In this document: positions 24,501 through 37,329 of the stretch, in pieces
Position numbering within the stretch: the stretch's first letter is position 1
Layout: each line of letters opens with the position of its first letter
DNA from: Raillietiella orientalis
Taxonomy: Eukaryota
NCBI GenBank assembly: GCA_036172245.1
Contig: JAYWIR010000004.1
Location: 1,240,001-1,304,000 of the forward strand
Length of the DNA stretch: 64,000 bases
Direction: 5' to 3'
The notes under the pieces: generated by a model
What the model was told of the DNA's origin: nothing
Databases searched by the model: none
Seen by the model: the letters and a program-made list of their open reading frames with translations, nothing else
Position numbers and translations under genes: made by a program

Positions 24501-24524
24501 GGATTGCCTCCTGCTAGAAGATTT

Positions 24525-26522
24525 CGCAGCTGAGCAGCTCGACTGTCGATATCATGGAAGGTGAATGGAGAGCTTCCAGCTACATAATCTGCATCTAATG
24601 CATTCAGCTTGCTTAGCGCCAGTTTGGATAGACGTGGTTGAGGAACTGGTTGATTTTCACAAAGGATGGGGTTCACAGCATGCTTTCCACCACAAGGAGT
24701 CGGTAGAGAGAACCAAACACCATGAGCACATTGAACACAGCATACTCGCTCTTGTGGCAAGCAAATACAGCTATTGATGGAAGGGAAGATGGATTTGCAG
24801 CTGACCCTGTTCCTCACATGTGATAGCCACCCATTTTAGTGTACTGTCGTCACAACGTTTGCAGAAATTCCTCTCCATGTGAGAAGTTATTTGAGAGCAA
24901 GCAACACAGCACAAGAGAAATCTACGACACTCGCGAAAATAATGTGACTTCCTGCACCAAGAATTTTCACATTCAGTCTTAAAAGAACATTCCAAAATGC
25001 AAATCCCCTTGACTCAACTGATTCCCAAGCATTATGCTACCTGCATTCCAAAGTCCATTGTGATGCAGCCCACAATACATGTATCTGGAGTTTCAGCTGC
25101 TCTATTCACAGCTTCGTTCAGGTTATCCAGGGTAATCCAACTTTCTTCAGCACTGCATTCTCCAATAGCAAGAGTCACACACTTTCCTTCTTCTCCCTCA
25201 GTGGAAGGGTGGATCTACAAAAATTTTTTGATACAGCACATTCCCAAATTAAAAAGTCTACATCATCCTCTACTGGCTGCTAGAATCCCCTCACGCAATG
25301 CTGATTATCTTTCAGCTATTTGGTGCTCAGCACAGAAACCTGTCCACACAATTCTTTCTGAACTTCCTCAAAAGGAGGAAACACTTTTTTCATGCCATAA
25401 GAGATTCCTAATACTTTCAGATCAGCAGCACAAACTTCCAGATAATCTGTTCTCTTCACCAGTTCTGTCACTAGGGTACACTTAGCGCAATGCTATTCCC
25501 ATCTTTAGCATGCAATACACTATATACTGTAAAGCATTGTCATCACATTCCATTTCTCAAGAGCGTTGTTTGCCACTTGTTTCCAATTTTTGGAACTTCT
25601 CCACATGTATCAGTGCCAAGATATCATGTCTCCAAATTTTTCTGAGAAATGTTCAAATGATGGCAAAGCCATCATTCATATATTTGGAACAATGGAGATA
25701 TTTTCAAAAGAATATTTAGAAGAAAAGAATATTTAGCAGCCTTTCGTCAATGCATACCACAACATTGGAAGAAAAATGAACAGCACAAGCATCTAATGAA
25801 TGCTAACGTCCATAAGACCAGAACAGCAAAGTCATCAAGCATTCAGTACTTGAAAACAAACATATGAATGCCCTCCAAGGTGCCCACTTGATCCTCCTAA
25901 CATAAAAATGAGACATTCTCACCCACTGTGGACTCCACATAAGAAAAAACTCTGAACTCCACATAAGGAAGAAAGAGCTCACATTGTGGCATCGAGAATA
26001 GGGAAAACACGAGTCATAAACAGACCAGAAATAGGCTACAACTAGCACGAAGTGCATAACCAACAGTCACATTTTATAGCATAATCATTTCTGTCACAAA
26101 GTCTTACCACTATCCTCTCTAATAAGGGTGCTATTGTTTGGCATCAACAAGCTTGAATACTACTGACGACACACGCTCGACTAAAGTTATGATCATGCGA
26201 TCCATTCTTACTATGAGTCCTCATAACCAATCCCTCGTGAGTGGTGAAAGTATATGCTTACCAAACTTAAGGCCTTCGACGGAAGAGTCTCTGAAGTGAA
26301 GTTCAAATGGTAACATTTTCAACTTCGCACGAGCTTGTTTGTCTCGAACTTCCTTCACGACTTCCGTACATGTGTAAATGTTATGTGCAAGCTCCTACAC
26401 GTGGTAAAAAACAAGAAATTCCGTAACAAATTCAAACAACGTCACAAACCTGAAGGGGCAGAAGTTTGAGAAAACCACCGGAGTCAACTATTAGGTGCTG
26501 CACATTAGGTGTGTGTCCGCAT
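24525..26522 (-). pseudogene. NOB1: NOB1 (PIN-domain 18S rRNA site-D endonuclease) unprocessed pseudogene, copy A
   Basis: Exons 26522-26450 (VQHLIVDSGGFLKLLPLQ), 26394-26262 (ELAHNIYTCTEVVKEVRDKQARAKLKMLPFELHF), 25470-25340 (VTELVKRTDYLEVCAADLKVLGISY), 25214-25041 (WITLDNL..VGCITMDFGMQ), then from 24991 NVLLRL.., zinc ribbon CVAC..FCKRC and FSLPTPCGGKHAVNPILCENQ..DYVAGSSPF..DIDSRAA; collinear with NOB1 as I recall it. Lesions: nearest ATG out of frame, GG instead of AG at 24992-24993, frameshift near 24937, TAG near 24771. Confidence 0.9.
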
Positions 26523-27754
26523 TCTAAATTCTTCCAGAATATCAAACCGGGCACAGCTCCAAGCTTATTACCAAGAAACTGCTTTGAGCTCAATGCATTC
26601 AAAAATTCATAACCATAGATTACGATTCGAAAAGATTACTCCAATCCCTATCCAAAACACTAATCCACAACCAAACTCTGCTTCCGAGCTGGCCACACTC
26701 ACACATTTTCGAAACACATCTTGGAGGAGAATCCTTTAATGCTGCTACAACACGGAAAACATACGCGGAAGACCAGTTCAGGCTGCTGTAAAACTATATA
26801 TACGAAAAACTCCATTTCTCGGATCCGCACGTGCACCATGGAAACTGCCACAGTCTGCCCCGAACGGAGTACCAGGTGCGTTTTCTTCGCGCTCCACTGC
26901 AAACGATTCAGTGACTGGGACTGCTTTGGCGAGGGTGTAGGCCTCCAGCATCCTCATCCTTTGATTCTGGTGCCAGTTTCGTTGACACGAAGGGATTTAA
27001 CGTCGAATATCACCTTCCAGCAACATGGATTTTTCTGAGTGGGAAGCAAGTCATCGAAGGCAGTACAGCACATGACATCATGCAGAAAGTCTTGCATCCC
27101 ATAGCCATTTCTTCGACTTAAAGCGAAAAAAAACACAATATTTAAATGTAACATCGTTCCCTCACGAAGCATTCGCAGATGTTTTCATTTCTAGTAGGCC
27201 GCGAGTACTGTTCAAACGAACATGTTTTGAAATGGCCAATTCATTCATTTCATATGTGCATTCTTGAGCCAGAACGGTGTAACAAGAATAACGGTGAGAT
27301 CAAAAAAACAAGAAGAAAACGCCGTCAGCAACTCCTCCCAACGTTTGAAGAGTTCATTCCACTATGAGTTTTCTTCATATCCATTCGACATCTCATTATT
27401 TTCCTAGAATTTTGCAAGAACACGAGATGAAGAGAACCATTTCAAGAAGTATACGTTACATCGGAGACTAACGGAACCTTGCGATCACGAAAAAGAAATT
27501 AGTACACGAAGAACTGATGTTTCGCAAAATATCCCAGTTCGAATGCAATGTCGAATTGCAAAATTCTCGTGTACCAATGTGATGATGAACCAAAAATGAA
27601 AATGATAAATGAGGAACTGGCAATACATTGCGGAACATGCGTCGAAGCAGTGTTCACTTGAGTATATTTTTTTATCAGGACGAAATTTATTTCTGATTTG
27701 CAAACTTGCAATTTTTCAACAAAAATAAGGAGGACATCTAGAGAAATTATTCTT

Positions 27755-30700
27755 TTAGCATCCATAATACATTGTCCGAGGCACAAAGCTGATGACTGCT
27801 TCGAATATTGATTCGGAGTACCCCGCCTTTTGCAACATCACCACCATTTGTTCATCTCGAGAAACAAGCTCGCTTCCTACGGGCAGCTCGTCAGGGGTGC
27901 AGAATCTGCGCAACGAAAGGATCAGACAGATTGGGAGAGCTTGCGGCAGAGCCGATCTACTCACGCAGTTCCATTGTAAGGGTCATTGTGCCTCACAAAA
28001 ATGGCCTCGTAATTGCAATCTTTACTTTCCAGATCGACCCTTGTGAAGATGAGTTTGACGCTTCTGTTTTTGGGCGCAGTTATTACCCAAACGCAACTTC
28101 CGGTTTCCGTCCACTCAGGGGAAACTATGGTTCCCTCTTGAGTGACGTTGCCACCACAAATCTGTACAGCGACCCCTATGGACACAACAGATGTGGATCA
28201 ATTCTTCTCGCTACCCGTCTCAATCCATGGCATTTGGTTGTCACCATACTGACGGAAGGGTTGGACTTAGGTGGTTCTTGTAGATTGATGAAACTTTAAA
28301 GCAAACGAGAATGCCGCAAGAGGACCTAGCAAACGGAAAAAGCTGGGGGTAGCTCGATCCGATAAGAACGATCAAGAATCGAAACCCAAATTCTAGCTGG
28401 AAGCTGGAAATTCGTTCCTGCTAATTCGGTGAGGCGATCTGGCAGAAGGATGCAGCAAAGTATCGCTCAGTGGAAATTCTGACTATCTGATAGGAATTTT
28501 CTTGGCTGCACCTACGGTTAAGCTCTGGTGGCCATCAGACGGAAGTCGATCGATTCATGCTCGTAGGCACTCGACTGTTTCGAGAGCCCTTCTGGGATGT
28601 CCGCTAAATGGGCGCACAAGCAGCCCGTCTCCTGCTTCCGGAAGTTAATTCCTGTTTCGCTTATCACTTTCAGAATTGTGAAGCGACCCACTTGAGGATG
28701 AAACGCGCCGGGAGGAAAGTACTTTGCAGATTGCGGGAACAATGCTAGTCTGCCAAGAAGCACCGCAATGCTCGCTCATGCAAGGCTCCAGGGAAGTGCG
28801 GGTTTCGATCGGCATCCCTCAGCAGGAATTGCTGGTCATCCTGACAACAAATGCGTAGGCAGAGAGGACACATGCAACCAGAGCAATCCGTTCCGTTATA
28901 CCGAACCGAATGCGCTCGCCATGGTGGAAGATCCAGGGAAGCGCAGGGATGACTTCCTGACCTCAGAAGAAACAGGTCATTCCGTCGGAAGGAGCGTTCG
29001 CGCGCACCCAGGAGGTTGTGAGAATCGCGCGTGCTGCAACCAGCGGCAGCGTTCCTTTGATAGAAGCGCTCGAGCTGGGACATTGGGATCGCTGACGCTG
29101 ACGCGTAGTTCGACACGCTCGTGGGCGTGCCCAACTGGGGGTGGTGGGATGGCATTGCCTAAGGACCCGCTGATTTCCTGAGCAACCGCTGGCAGAGCTT
29201 CTGCTCGTTTGGAGTAGCAGATTCGCGCTTCACACAGACACTACTGCGAGGAAAAGGCGATCCCGGACTGAAGGGGAACGAAGTATTTCTTGTTCTCGTT
29301 GGGGTCTGCCTCTCTCGAAACCTTCGAAGGCAAGCTTGAGGTGCTTCACGAAGACGGAGAGCGTCCGTCAGTGCCCAGGGAGGAAGAAAAACAAGAGGCC
29401 CTGCAGATGTCATCTGGATGACGTCCACGTATTCGCACCGAGTTCTCTGCCTCTTCGGATGAACTGCTTGAGAATCCTTGGATCGCATCATCGACAAGTG
29501 ATCGTAGAGCGCGCCACGTGAGAGCGCCAAGAGGATTGCAAAATGCGCGAGGTCTGAACGTCGGACTCCGGTGCCAACACCGAATGACGAGGAGGAAGAA
29601 GAAAACCAGGGCCGCACAACTCCCCAATGCTTACCGATGGGCTGAATGGGTTCCTTGCATGCGCTCCCTCCAAATGTGGGTTTACAGGTGCACTGACAGT
29701 ACTGATTGATGAAACCGTCGTTGAAGCAAGGGTTGGAGGTCAAGTTGCATGCGCTCATCCAGTCTCCTGAAAAACATCCCGTGTTGCAGTGGGAAAGCCC
29801 CGACAACCTATTCAGCACGCGCTTTCTGTCAATTCTGGAGACTTTTTCAAGGTGACAGGTGACCGGAGAGCAGCTGGACACACTGCCATGAGAGCGAAAG
29901 AAAGCGCTTGTCGATGCAAAACGCCAGTGCGGAACGCCCGCAAAGGTCTTTCTGGATAAATGCGACACGCGGCTGTTCTTTCGTTCCAACCGGAGAGCGC
30001 ACTCTTAGTCAAGGGATGCGTGGGGACGGAAGCTTCGGATGCGGCGATCCGAGTGCAGGTGACACACGGTTGCTGAGGGCGGATGTCTTATCGTCACTGA
30101 GACGCTTCCTGGTGCTGCTGAAGCAGCGTCCATCGTTTGTGCGTGACGCATAAGCGGAGACATCTTCCGACATTTCGCAAATTCATGGAACTCAAACAGG
30201 GATGTGTTTGGTGAGCAGTACGCTATGTGGAGGGAGAGAAGATGCTCCTCAGGTGTCACCTTCCACCTACGTGTAAATTTGCAGCGGACAAAGATAAAGT
30301 ATAACTCGACTCTCTGTTGCAGAACCGAAGATGAGATCTTGCACAGATGGGGACCTTTGTAGTCTCGCGTTACGAAGTTGGGTGTCCGCGGAGGAGTGGG
30401 GTTAATAGCATAGATCTGACTGAAAGTTGCCAGACGAAAGACGCATGGCTAGAGGCGAGAAACAAACTCTGGTTCACCGAGTTCCCTTCCGTGTGATTCA
30501 ATCTGAGGAGTTCCTGTTGTTCTCTTTTCGTGCAGGCGGATTGTTGAAAGAGAAGAGCACTTTGCTTTCGTGGGTCCTGGCCCTTGTGGACTGATCGAAA
30601 GGATGCGCTTTTTCCAAGCAAATTGGAGCACTCGCCTTGCTGCATCGATGTGTTTCTCATAACAACTGTACGGCTTTGAATCTTCCTCATTGGTGACGTG

Positions 30701-33700
30701 GATCCCTTCTCCCGCCGCGTCCAAGATCCGTGCGAGGTTCGCATCGAAGCAGAGTTGGTTGAAATTTGTTTGGCACAGCAATAACAGAGCAAAGATGAGG
30801 GAGGAGATGAAGGAGAGCAAGGTCGATGAGAAAGTGCTTGCTTCCGGCTCCCATCGCAAGGAGTGAAATGGCAGGCTGGTTCGCTTTGCACGAGAGGCTG
30901 AACATTTGGAAAACATCCATCGAACTGCACTGGTAAAGTTCGCTGTAGGAGTCCACCACCGTGTCGTGAATGTCGGCTGATCTTTGGGCAGACAACCTTG
31001 CCGGTTCCAAGCTTCAAGCCATGTCGTTCCGACTGCACTGGAAGCTGAACGCTGCCTCTGTTTCATTATCTTCCCTAGTACGAAAAGCGGGTTCGTTCCC
31101 CTAGCGAATAGGCCACTTTCTCCGTGCAGCATGGTCTTCAAGTAGTTTCTCGTTAAGCGGTTCCACCGATGATCCAGAATCGCTCCTTGTGCGACGACTT
31201 TACTGAGGGATCATCGTATGCAAGAAGTACACTCGAATCCAGTACTACTGCACGCTTGGTTTTCACTCGTAGTCAAGAGTCACGTTGCGGATCTCGCATG
31301 CGAGGTCTGCCGCATCGCCGCATCTTAGGGATAGTGCGCAAATGGCGGGACTTTGCTGTCGCAACCGAGACGAGACAGCGTGGAAGACTCAAGGGCGTCC
31401 TGCATACAGAAAGGAGAGCAACTCACTGATGCATCCGTATTTCTTGTTTATAACGAGGGCATCGTTGAAGGTCAATCCTTGAATGTTCGCACCAACGAAA
31501 TTTTGCATATTCACATTTAGACTTGCTATGGTGGGTCTTCCGTTGATGCTACCTGCCTGAAAAACGTAAATTAGAAAACGTAACGATAACTGAAATGAGG
31601 TGAAAGCGTGAATGAGTCTGCGAGGATGCATTGTTTTGACGGCTTGAATTTTGTTTGAAGTCTGTGATTGCTTGCCACTGCTGACAAGGAGTAACTCTGA
31701 CCTGCTGCAAGGGTGTTTGGATGAAGATCGCAATCAGCGGCAAGTGAGGAACTTTTCAGATGTGAGAAGAGAATAACGTTACGCAGTTGCTGACTTTCTC
31801 CGTGGGACATGTTTATTTAAGGGATCTGCGTGGTGGATATCGGCTCTGCCGCAAACGAATCCTATTTCTGTTATTAACTGTTGATGGAGGGGGACTGCAC
31901 TTAAGGTTGGATGTGGTCGCTCGTTTTCGTGGATCGTGTTTGTGTAGGTGATTCCGTGAGCTCTCCAGCCACGAATGAAAGCCGAAAACTTTAAACGTCG
32001 TCTTTCAATGAGTGGCGATGAATGGCACGGTTTCCAGAGGTTCTGGCAAAAGGTGCAGTGAAGCTTCGAGCAGAGGCAATCGTGCAGAAGGAGAGGCCGC
32101 AAGAAGAACGCCGGTCCTTCGAGTCTTTCAGGGGGAATTTTCAACGAAGCTGCATCTCGGCCTCTGCTCTAATCACGAAATGACGGTAGAGTGCGTCGGC
32201 AGACGCAAGTGGAGAAAAAAGAAAAGGCGTTCGATAAAGGAAACACGTTGCTTGCTGTCATCTCCAAAGGGATCCTGGAGAAACGGCCTTTGCTTCACAC
32301 TTGGTTTGGAGAAGTGTCGGCGAGTCCGAGCAAGATAGGAAGAAAGGAATGCATCCACAAAGAGCGCAGGTGAGTAGCAAAGGAATGTCTGTCTCGACAA
32401 GGGTAGGCGGAAATTCACGAAACAAGATGTCGCCATTCCTCACCGGTTCTTCCAAACACCAGCCGTAGTAATAAGCAAGGCAACACTTACATGCCAGGAG
32501 TAGTGCATGATGCTGTAATAGTCATAAGGGACGCCCTCCGTGTCACAGTCTTTTATCTCAAAATTGCCAGCCACCGAAGTGTTCACGTTTTGGTTCCAAA
32601 TTTCCACGTATTTGTCTCTGTCTGGCCTCGACTGCTCGTGGTGAGATCCAATGGCATGAGCGAATTCGTGCTCTGGAATGCTATACTAAAAGAAAATTGG
32701 AGATGGATCCATGTGAACCCTCGCGATTCGGTCATCCGTCTCTACTAGTTAAAGACGGTCTACACGCAAGGCGCTTTGCAGAAGTGAGAAAGAATCTCAG
32801 TGCACCACCTTCAACACATGCATCAAGAACAATACCAAGATCACCGAGAAAGGGAAAAAAGGGAGCTGACATTAAGAAACATCAAAGTTGCCAGCGCCTG
32901 GGCTGGCTATCTGAGGACAAGATCACAAGGCGATACCAGAGCACTGCGTCGCCAAGTGGATCAATCGTGAGTAACCCTTACGAATAGCCATCAGCAATGG
33001 TTGGGGAAGCAGCGGACACGAGATAGAAAAAGTACAGAGGATGGAATTCGCTCCTTGCCGACAATAGGGTGATCGCTACTCAAGAGCGATCGTACTCGGA
33101 TTCGTGGGTCCTGTGGTCTGAAGATGGTGGAGTGCTAAGACAGTGGAAGCAAGGAGGAGGAGCAGAAATCCAGAAAAGCAATGTCTCACTGGTGGACATA
33201 AATTTTCCGTTCAAAGCATTAGATGGGTCACTGCGGTCAATTTAGGAATCTCGAAATTAGAGAATGAGCTGAAGACAAGAAATCAGAGAGGTAGGTGATG
33301 CAATGTCGCCTTCATTTTGTGAGTGCACAGTTTGTGCATATCAAAACGACCAACTTTTAGTATAAAAGGCGCTTACCCATTGGCAACCTTCTTGTAGGGA
33401 TAATCTTTGGAAATTTGACTTTGACTGCCGCTTTCCGACAAGGGACCAGCAGCCATCCCAGCTTCCAATCAGTATCTTGTGACGAGGATCGTGTTCAGGT
33501 ACTTGGAAGAATCGGACACAGGTCCAGCGATCAAAGTTTTCAACTGCTAGGTTCAACGAACAGCTGATATCTTCATGAACTATGGTTAAAATCACGTTGC
33601 AGAGTGAATAACACTGTTTGCTCGGGCAGATAGGAGATCAAAGGTTCGCGCTCAAGACTGAGCATCTTCTTGACTACGAGGAAGCAAGCAGAAGCAAGAA

Positions 33701-35387
33701 ATTACTGAGATGAGAAGGCCGTTGCACCGTGAAAATGCGTCGAAGCGTACACGCGTATAGCACCAGTTCTGGGAATCTCTCACCAAAGCCAAGTGACGGG
33801 ATGCAAGCTACTGAATCTGCAAGGCAGCACGACGCAAGAGAGGAAGAAGGGGAAGAGCAAAACTAGGTGCACGAAAGGTACATACCCGAGTGATGAAGTG
33901 CAAAGGGAACCTCTACCCACAATCCAGTCTTCGGCCAAAGATTCGTTTTCGATAAGCAGGCCCTCTCCATCAAGGACCACTGCTGCTCTTCTGTGAGCAC
34001 AATGTCTCCCTCGTGAAGAACATCTCCGAAAGCAGTGTGCGGTGGATTCTTTCCAATTCCCTGAAACGGAAACGGGCGCTGTGAGAGTGCGTCGGGACGA
34101 AAGCTGAAGATCTTGGACACGGAGACGGTCGCAGTAGGATGTCGTCGAGTGCATCGCACCATCCTTCGGCTTCGGTCCGCTCACAGATTCGGAGCTCAGC
34201 ATCGGGTGCGGGGAAATCGAGGGGTTACGGAAAAGGCGCGTCCCACGAGACAGATTGGATTGCGTCCCTAGCAAGTACCGGCGAGGTGCACGCACGGAGG
34301 TTCGCATGCGTGGCACGTGCAACTTTATCACACGTGAGTACGGGTCTTGGCAGACGAGTTGCCTTGGAGGAAACGGGACGAGGATTCCGCACGGAGATTT
34401 CTCAGTCCGTCGGGCACTTGGGACGGCGCGGCCATCCACAAGTCGTTGCTCCTCGCGGTGCAGATCCGAGGTCAGCACCCCACGTCTTTAGCGCGAGGAC
34501 TCGCAATGTCCACGCACGCGTGAGCTGCGCAATGGCTTCTGGGAAGGAAAAGGACTGATCGGTGAACCGGTTGCGATGCTCGGGGATGAGCGCTGCAGCG
34601 AGGAAGTCGCCGATCTCACGAAGACGGAGGAAGCGGACGCGCGGCACCGGATGCAGGAAGCTCTTCGTTGCTGCTTTTCATTGCCGCTGGTGCCATCGGA
34701 CGAGAAAAGTTCGTGGTTTGGGGTGCGCGGGGGGAGAGGGGAGCACGAGCGGAAAGCGGCTGAGGCTGCTCGCAAGAGGTCTCGCGCAGGGTCCACAGCG
34801 GTCGGCGACAGCGTATGGACTAGCGATCCGCGGAAAGGGGACCCTCCAGGTGCTGGTGCGCCCGTTTCCATGGGCCTGGTTGGCTCTGGAGGAAGACGAG
34901 GGACATGCTGAGGCGTTGCTGGGCGGTCTCTGAGGCACGCGACCGTCGTTCCCCTACCGGAAAGGAAGGCCAGTAGGAGCGTCGCCTCCGTTCGCGTCGG
35001 GAACTCGTCGGCCTTGCGAACGGCCACGAGAGGGCGAGGACGTCCTAGTGGGGTGCGGGGAAACGGGGCCCGGGGAAAATTTTTTTCATACAAAATATTG
35101 AGGAGCTTCCTCTTGGAGGTGAAACGTGCTGAGGAGGTCGCGCAGCCGTGCTCACCTCGAAACGGCTTTTCCATCCCTCCGTTGTTCTCCGGGGAAGAGC
35201 TGCCCCATGAATCTGCTGGGAGGGCAGTAGGGCGGTGATCTGCAAGACAAAAAGATTCCCCTGCCGCAGCACCATCGCTCTTCTGTCTGTGAGGAACTGC
35301 GACCTTTGCACGCAAAGCGGGACCCTCCGCCACCCCTGGGGGCCAGGAAGGAGCACTCACCATCCAGAAACCGTGCAATAGCCCCAT
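27755..35387 (-). CDS. Astacin-EGF-CUB metalloprotease, copy 2; 9 coding exons, 435 aa
   Basis: Exons 35387-35361, 35239-35156, 34060-33886, 33579-33377, 32685-32491, 31556-31427, 29766-29635, 28175-27965, 27905-27755; GT-AG, open frame. Motifs HEFAHAIGSHHEQSRPDRD and YDYYSIMHY. AATAAA on the minus strand at 27686-27691. Confidence 0.95.
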
Positions 35388-37290
35388 CGTTCCTTCTCGC
35401 TGGCGCAGAAGGCAGTACGGTCTTGCTTGAAGCCTTGCGCTTTTTCAACGCGTGTTGCACACCTGACCCGCGGAGCGGATCCCAAAGTCAATTACGTGCT
35501 CTGAGGGCACTCATGAATTTCTGTGTCGTTAGCAGCCTCGTGTGTTAGACTCGCACTCGGAATTGAATGGGTAATGAGCAGCCGCAGCACCGTCGCAGAT
35601 CGTCTCAAGAGTTCTCTGCAAGGCTCGGGGAGGTTTGCGTGCGACCGGAAGAGCGTGTCCGTGCGGGCGCTGTCGCCCTACTCGTATGCGGAGGGCAGCC
35701 GGCGCTTTTTCCGTTTCGGACGAGAACGTGGACGCGCAAGGCTGCCACAGGGATCCACAGGAGTCTTTGGGAGGACCGCGGAAGGTCGGGATCTCGTGGT
35801 GTCAACCTGCAATGTTTTCCGATGATGCCGTTTGCAGTGCTCCTCGGAAAGGTATTTCGAAGCAACGCCGGGTTCCCTTGGCAGTTCTCATCACGGTTTG
35901 AGTCCGTGACCAACCTGCATTGACGTCAAAAGTCTTGCGCTTTGGTGTCCTTGACGTCAGCAGGAAGGATCATTTGCATGTTGTTGGTAAGCCCGCTCTT
36001 CGGCGGCTGATTGCGATCAGGGAGACGTGCGCTACAAGTCTTGTCGACTGCTGCTCGCGTACGCGGTGAGCGGCTGCTCCCAGGGGCAACCAAGGAAGGG
36101 CCACCAGTTGTCTCCGGAGTAGCTGCCCAGCCTCCGGGCCGTGTGCTGCGCGTGAATCGCTGCTCTGCTTCCCCGTAGCCGACCTCCTGTGCTGAGTCTG
36201 CCTCGCTGTTGCACGCACTGCAGTCCCGCGTGTCTTGTACTCAGAGTGCGCGCGACTGGCAGCTCTCGGAGGAGAGAGCGCGCCTTCCTCGCACCTCGGT
36301 TGCCAAGGAGGACAACAGACGCCAGTCGGTGCTTCGAGGCAGGTAGCGCTAGGCGCGGTGGACGCGGCCGTGGAGGTGGCCGCGATGGCAGTGCTACGGA
36401 GGGAGTTGCGAAGCGGCTCCATCTTTCCCCAGAGGCGGAGACCCTGCTCGACCTTGTGTGGCTGTAGGACGCAGCCGGTCGCATGCCCGTTTGGCGGAAT
36501 CGCGCACCCCTGATTCCCTGGCCAGTGGACTGGTCTCCGCTCCCACCCGCGCAGGATCCCTGGCTCCTCTTGTGGCGACCGCTGCCTCTGCGCAGACGGT
36601 CGTCTCGTAGCAGGCGGATGCGGTCGCGTCACGGAGCTCGTGGCTGTGTGCGTGCGCGTGACGCAGTCGCTTTCTCAGGAGCCCGTGCTGGACGCTAGAG
36701 CGTGGTCCACCGAACGGAGGACGCGACCCCGGGCAGGTGCACCGAGTTTCCCTCGAACCCACGGTGGCTTCTTTTTTACCGAGGCCAGTGCTTCCGGAAT
36801 GGAGGTCGCCGTGCACATCGATGTATGCGCTGCCCGGGCGGCTACGGTCGTCTCTGCAGCTTCCCCCCTCCCTTACACTTCGCGCGTCCTTTTCGCTCGC
36901 GCTAAGAGAGAGCGGGGATTTTCGGGGACTCGTGACGCTTAGGGTGCAGAGCAGCGATTCAGCCGAGCGGATTTGGGGCGCTGCTTGCTCGAAGGGGCTG
37001 CGATGTCTCAAGCGCTCCAGCGAGCAAGGCGCCCCATGCATCCGGGAGAGATGTCTGCTCGCCCTCGCGCATGAGAGTATCTCGCGTTTTTACAGAAACG
37101 TAAGTACGCTCTGGGAAATCCGTGAGTACCGATTGCACGTTCTCGTTCCCCAACTTGTGCTTTCTTCGTGCGTACCTCCTTGCTTCTGCGAAGCTTCTGC
37201 TTGGGTAGAGTCTTTCTCTCTTGCGGTGCACATCTGCTCTCACCCGAGTAAGTATGGTGACAAACTGCGTGGTTTGAAGGGTCACAAGAG
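33771..37290 (+). repeat. Segmental direct duplication, partner 57815-61334
   Basis: Offset 24044; near-identical; diverges after AAGGGTCACAAG at ~37289/61333. Confidence 0.97.
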
Positions 37291-37329
37291 CGACGTTCCT
37301 CGAAGGTCTGGATGCGCGAAAGCGACGGA

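Larger units (their letters stand above)
20524..31567 (+). repeat. Segmental direct duplication, partner 43222-54256
   Basis: Offset ~22689; identical ORF-track peptides throughout; only a handful of differences visible between ~22000 and 31567. Confidence 0.97.

Noticed and set aside
24600..24925. Alternative minus-strand frame with two in-frame TGA codons (selenoprotein idea)
   Set aside because: The other frames match NOB1 motifs, so this frame is a shadow; no SECIS element recognised.
32790..33290. Extra intron-4 sequence in copies 2/3 with EIEKVQR, resembling CR1/L2
   Set aside because: A single short motif is too weak to annotate as an element.
34488..35387. 299-aa ORF (also 58532-59431)
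   Set aside because: Only its first 9 codons are astacin exon 1; the rest is intron read-through and is not conserved in copy 1.
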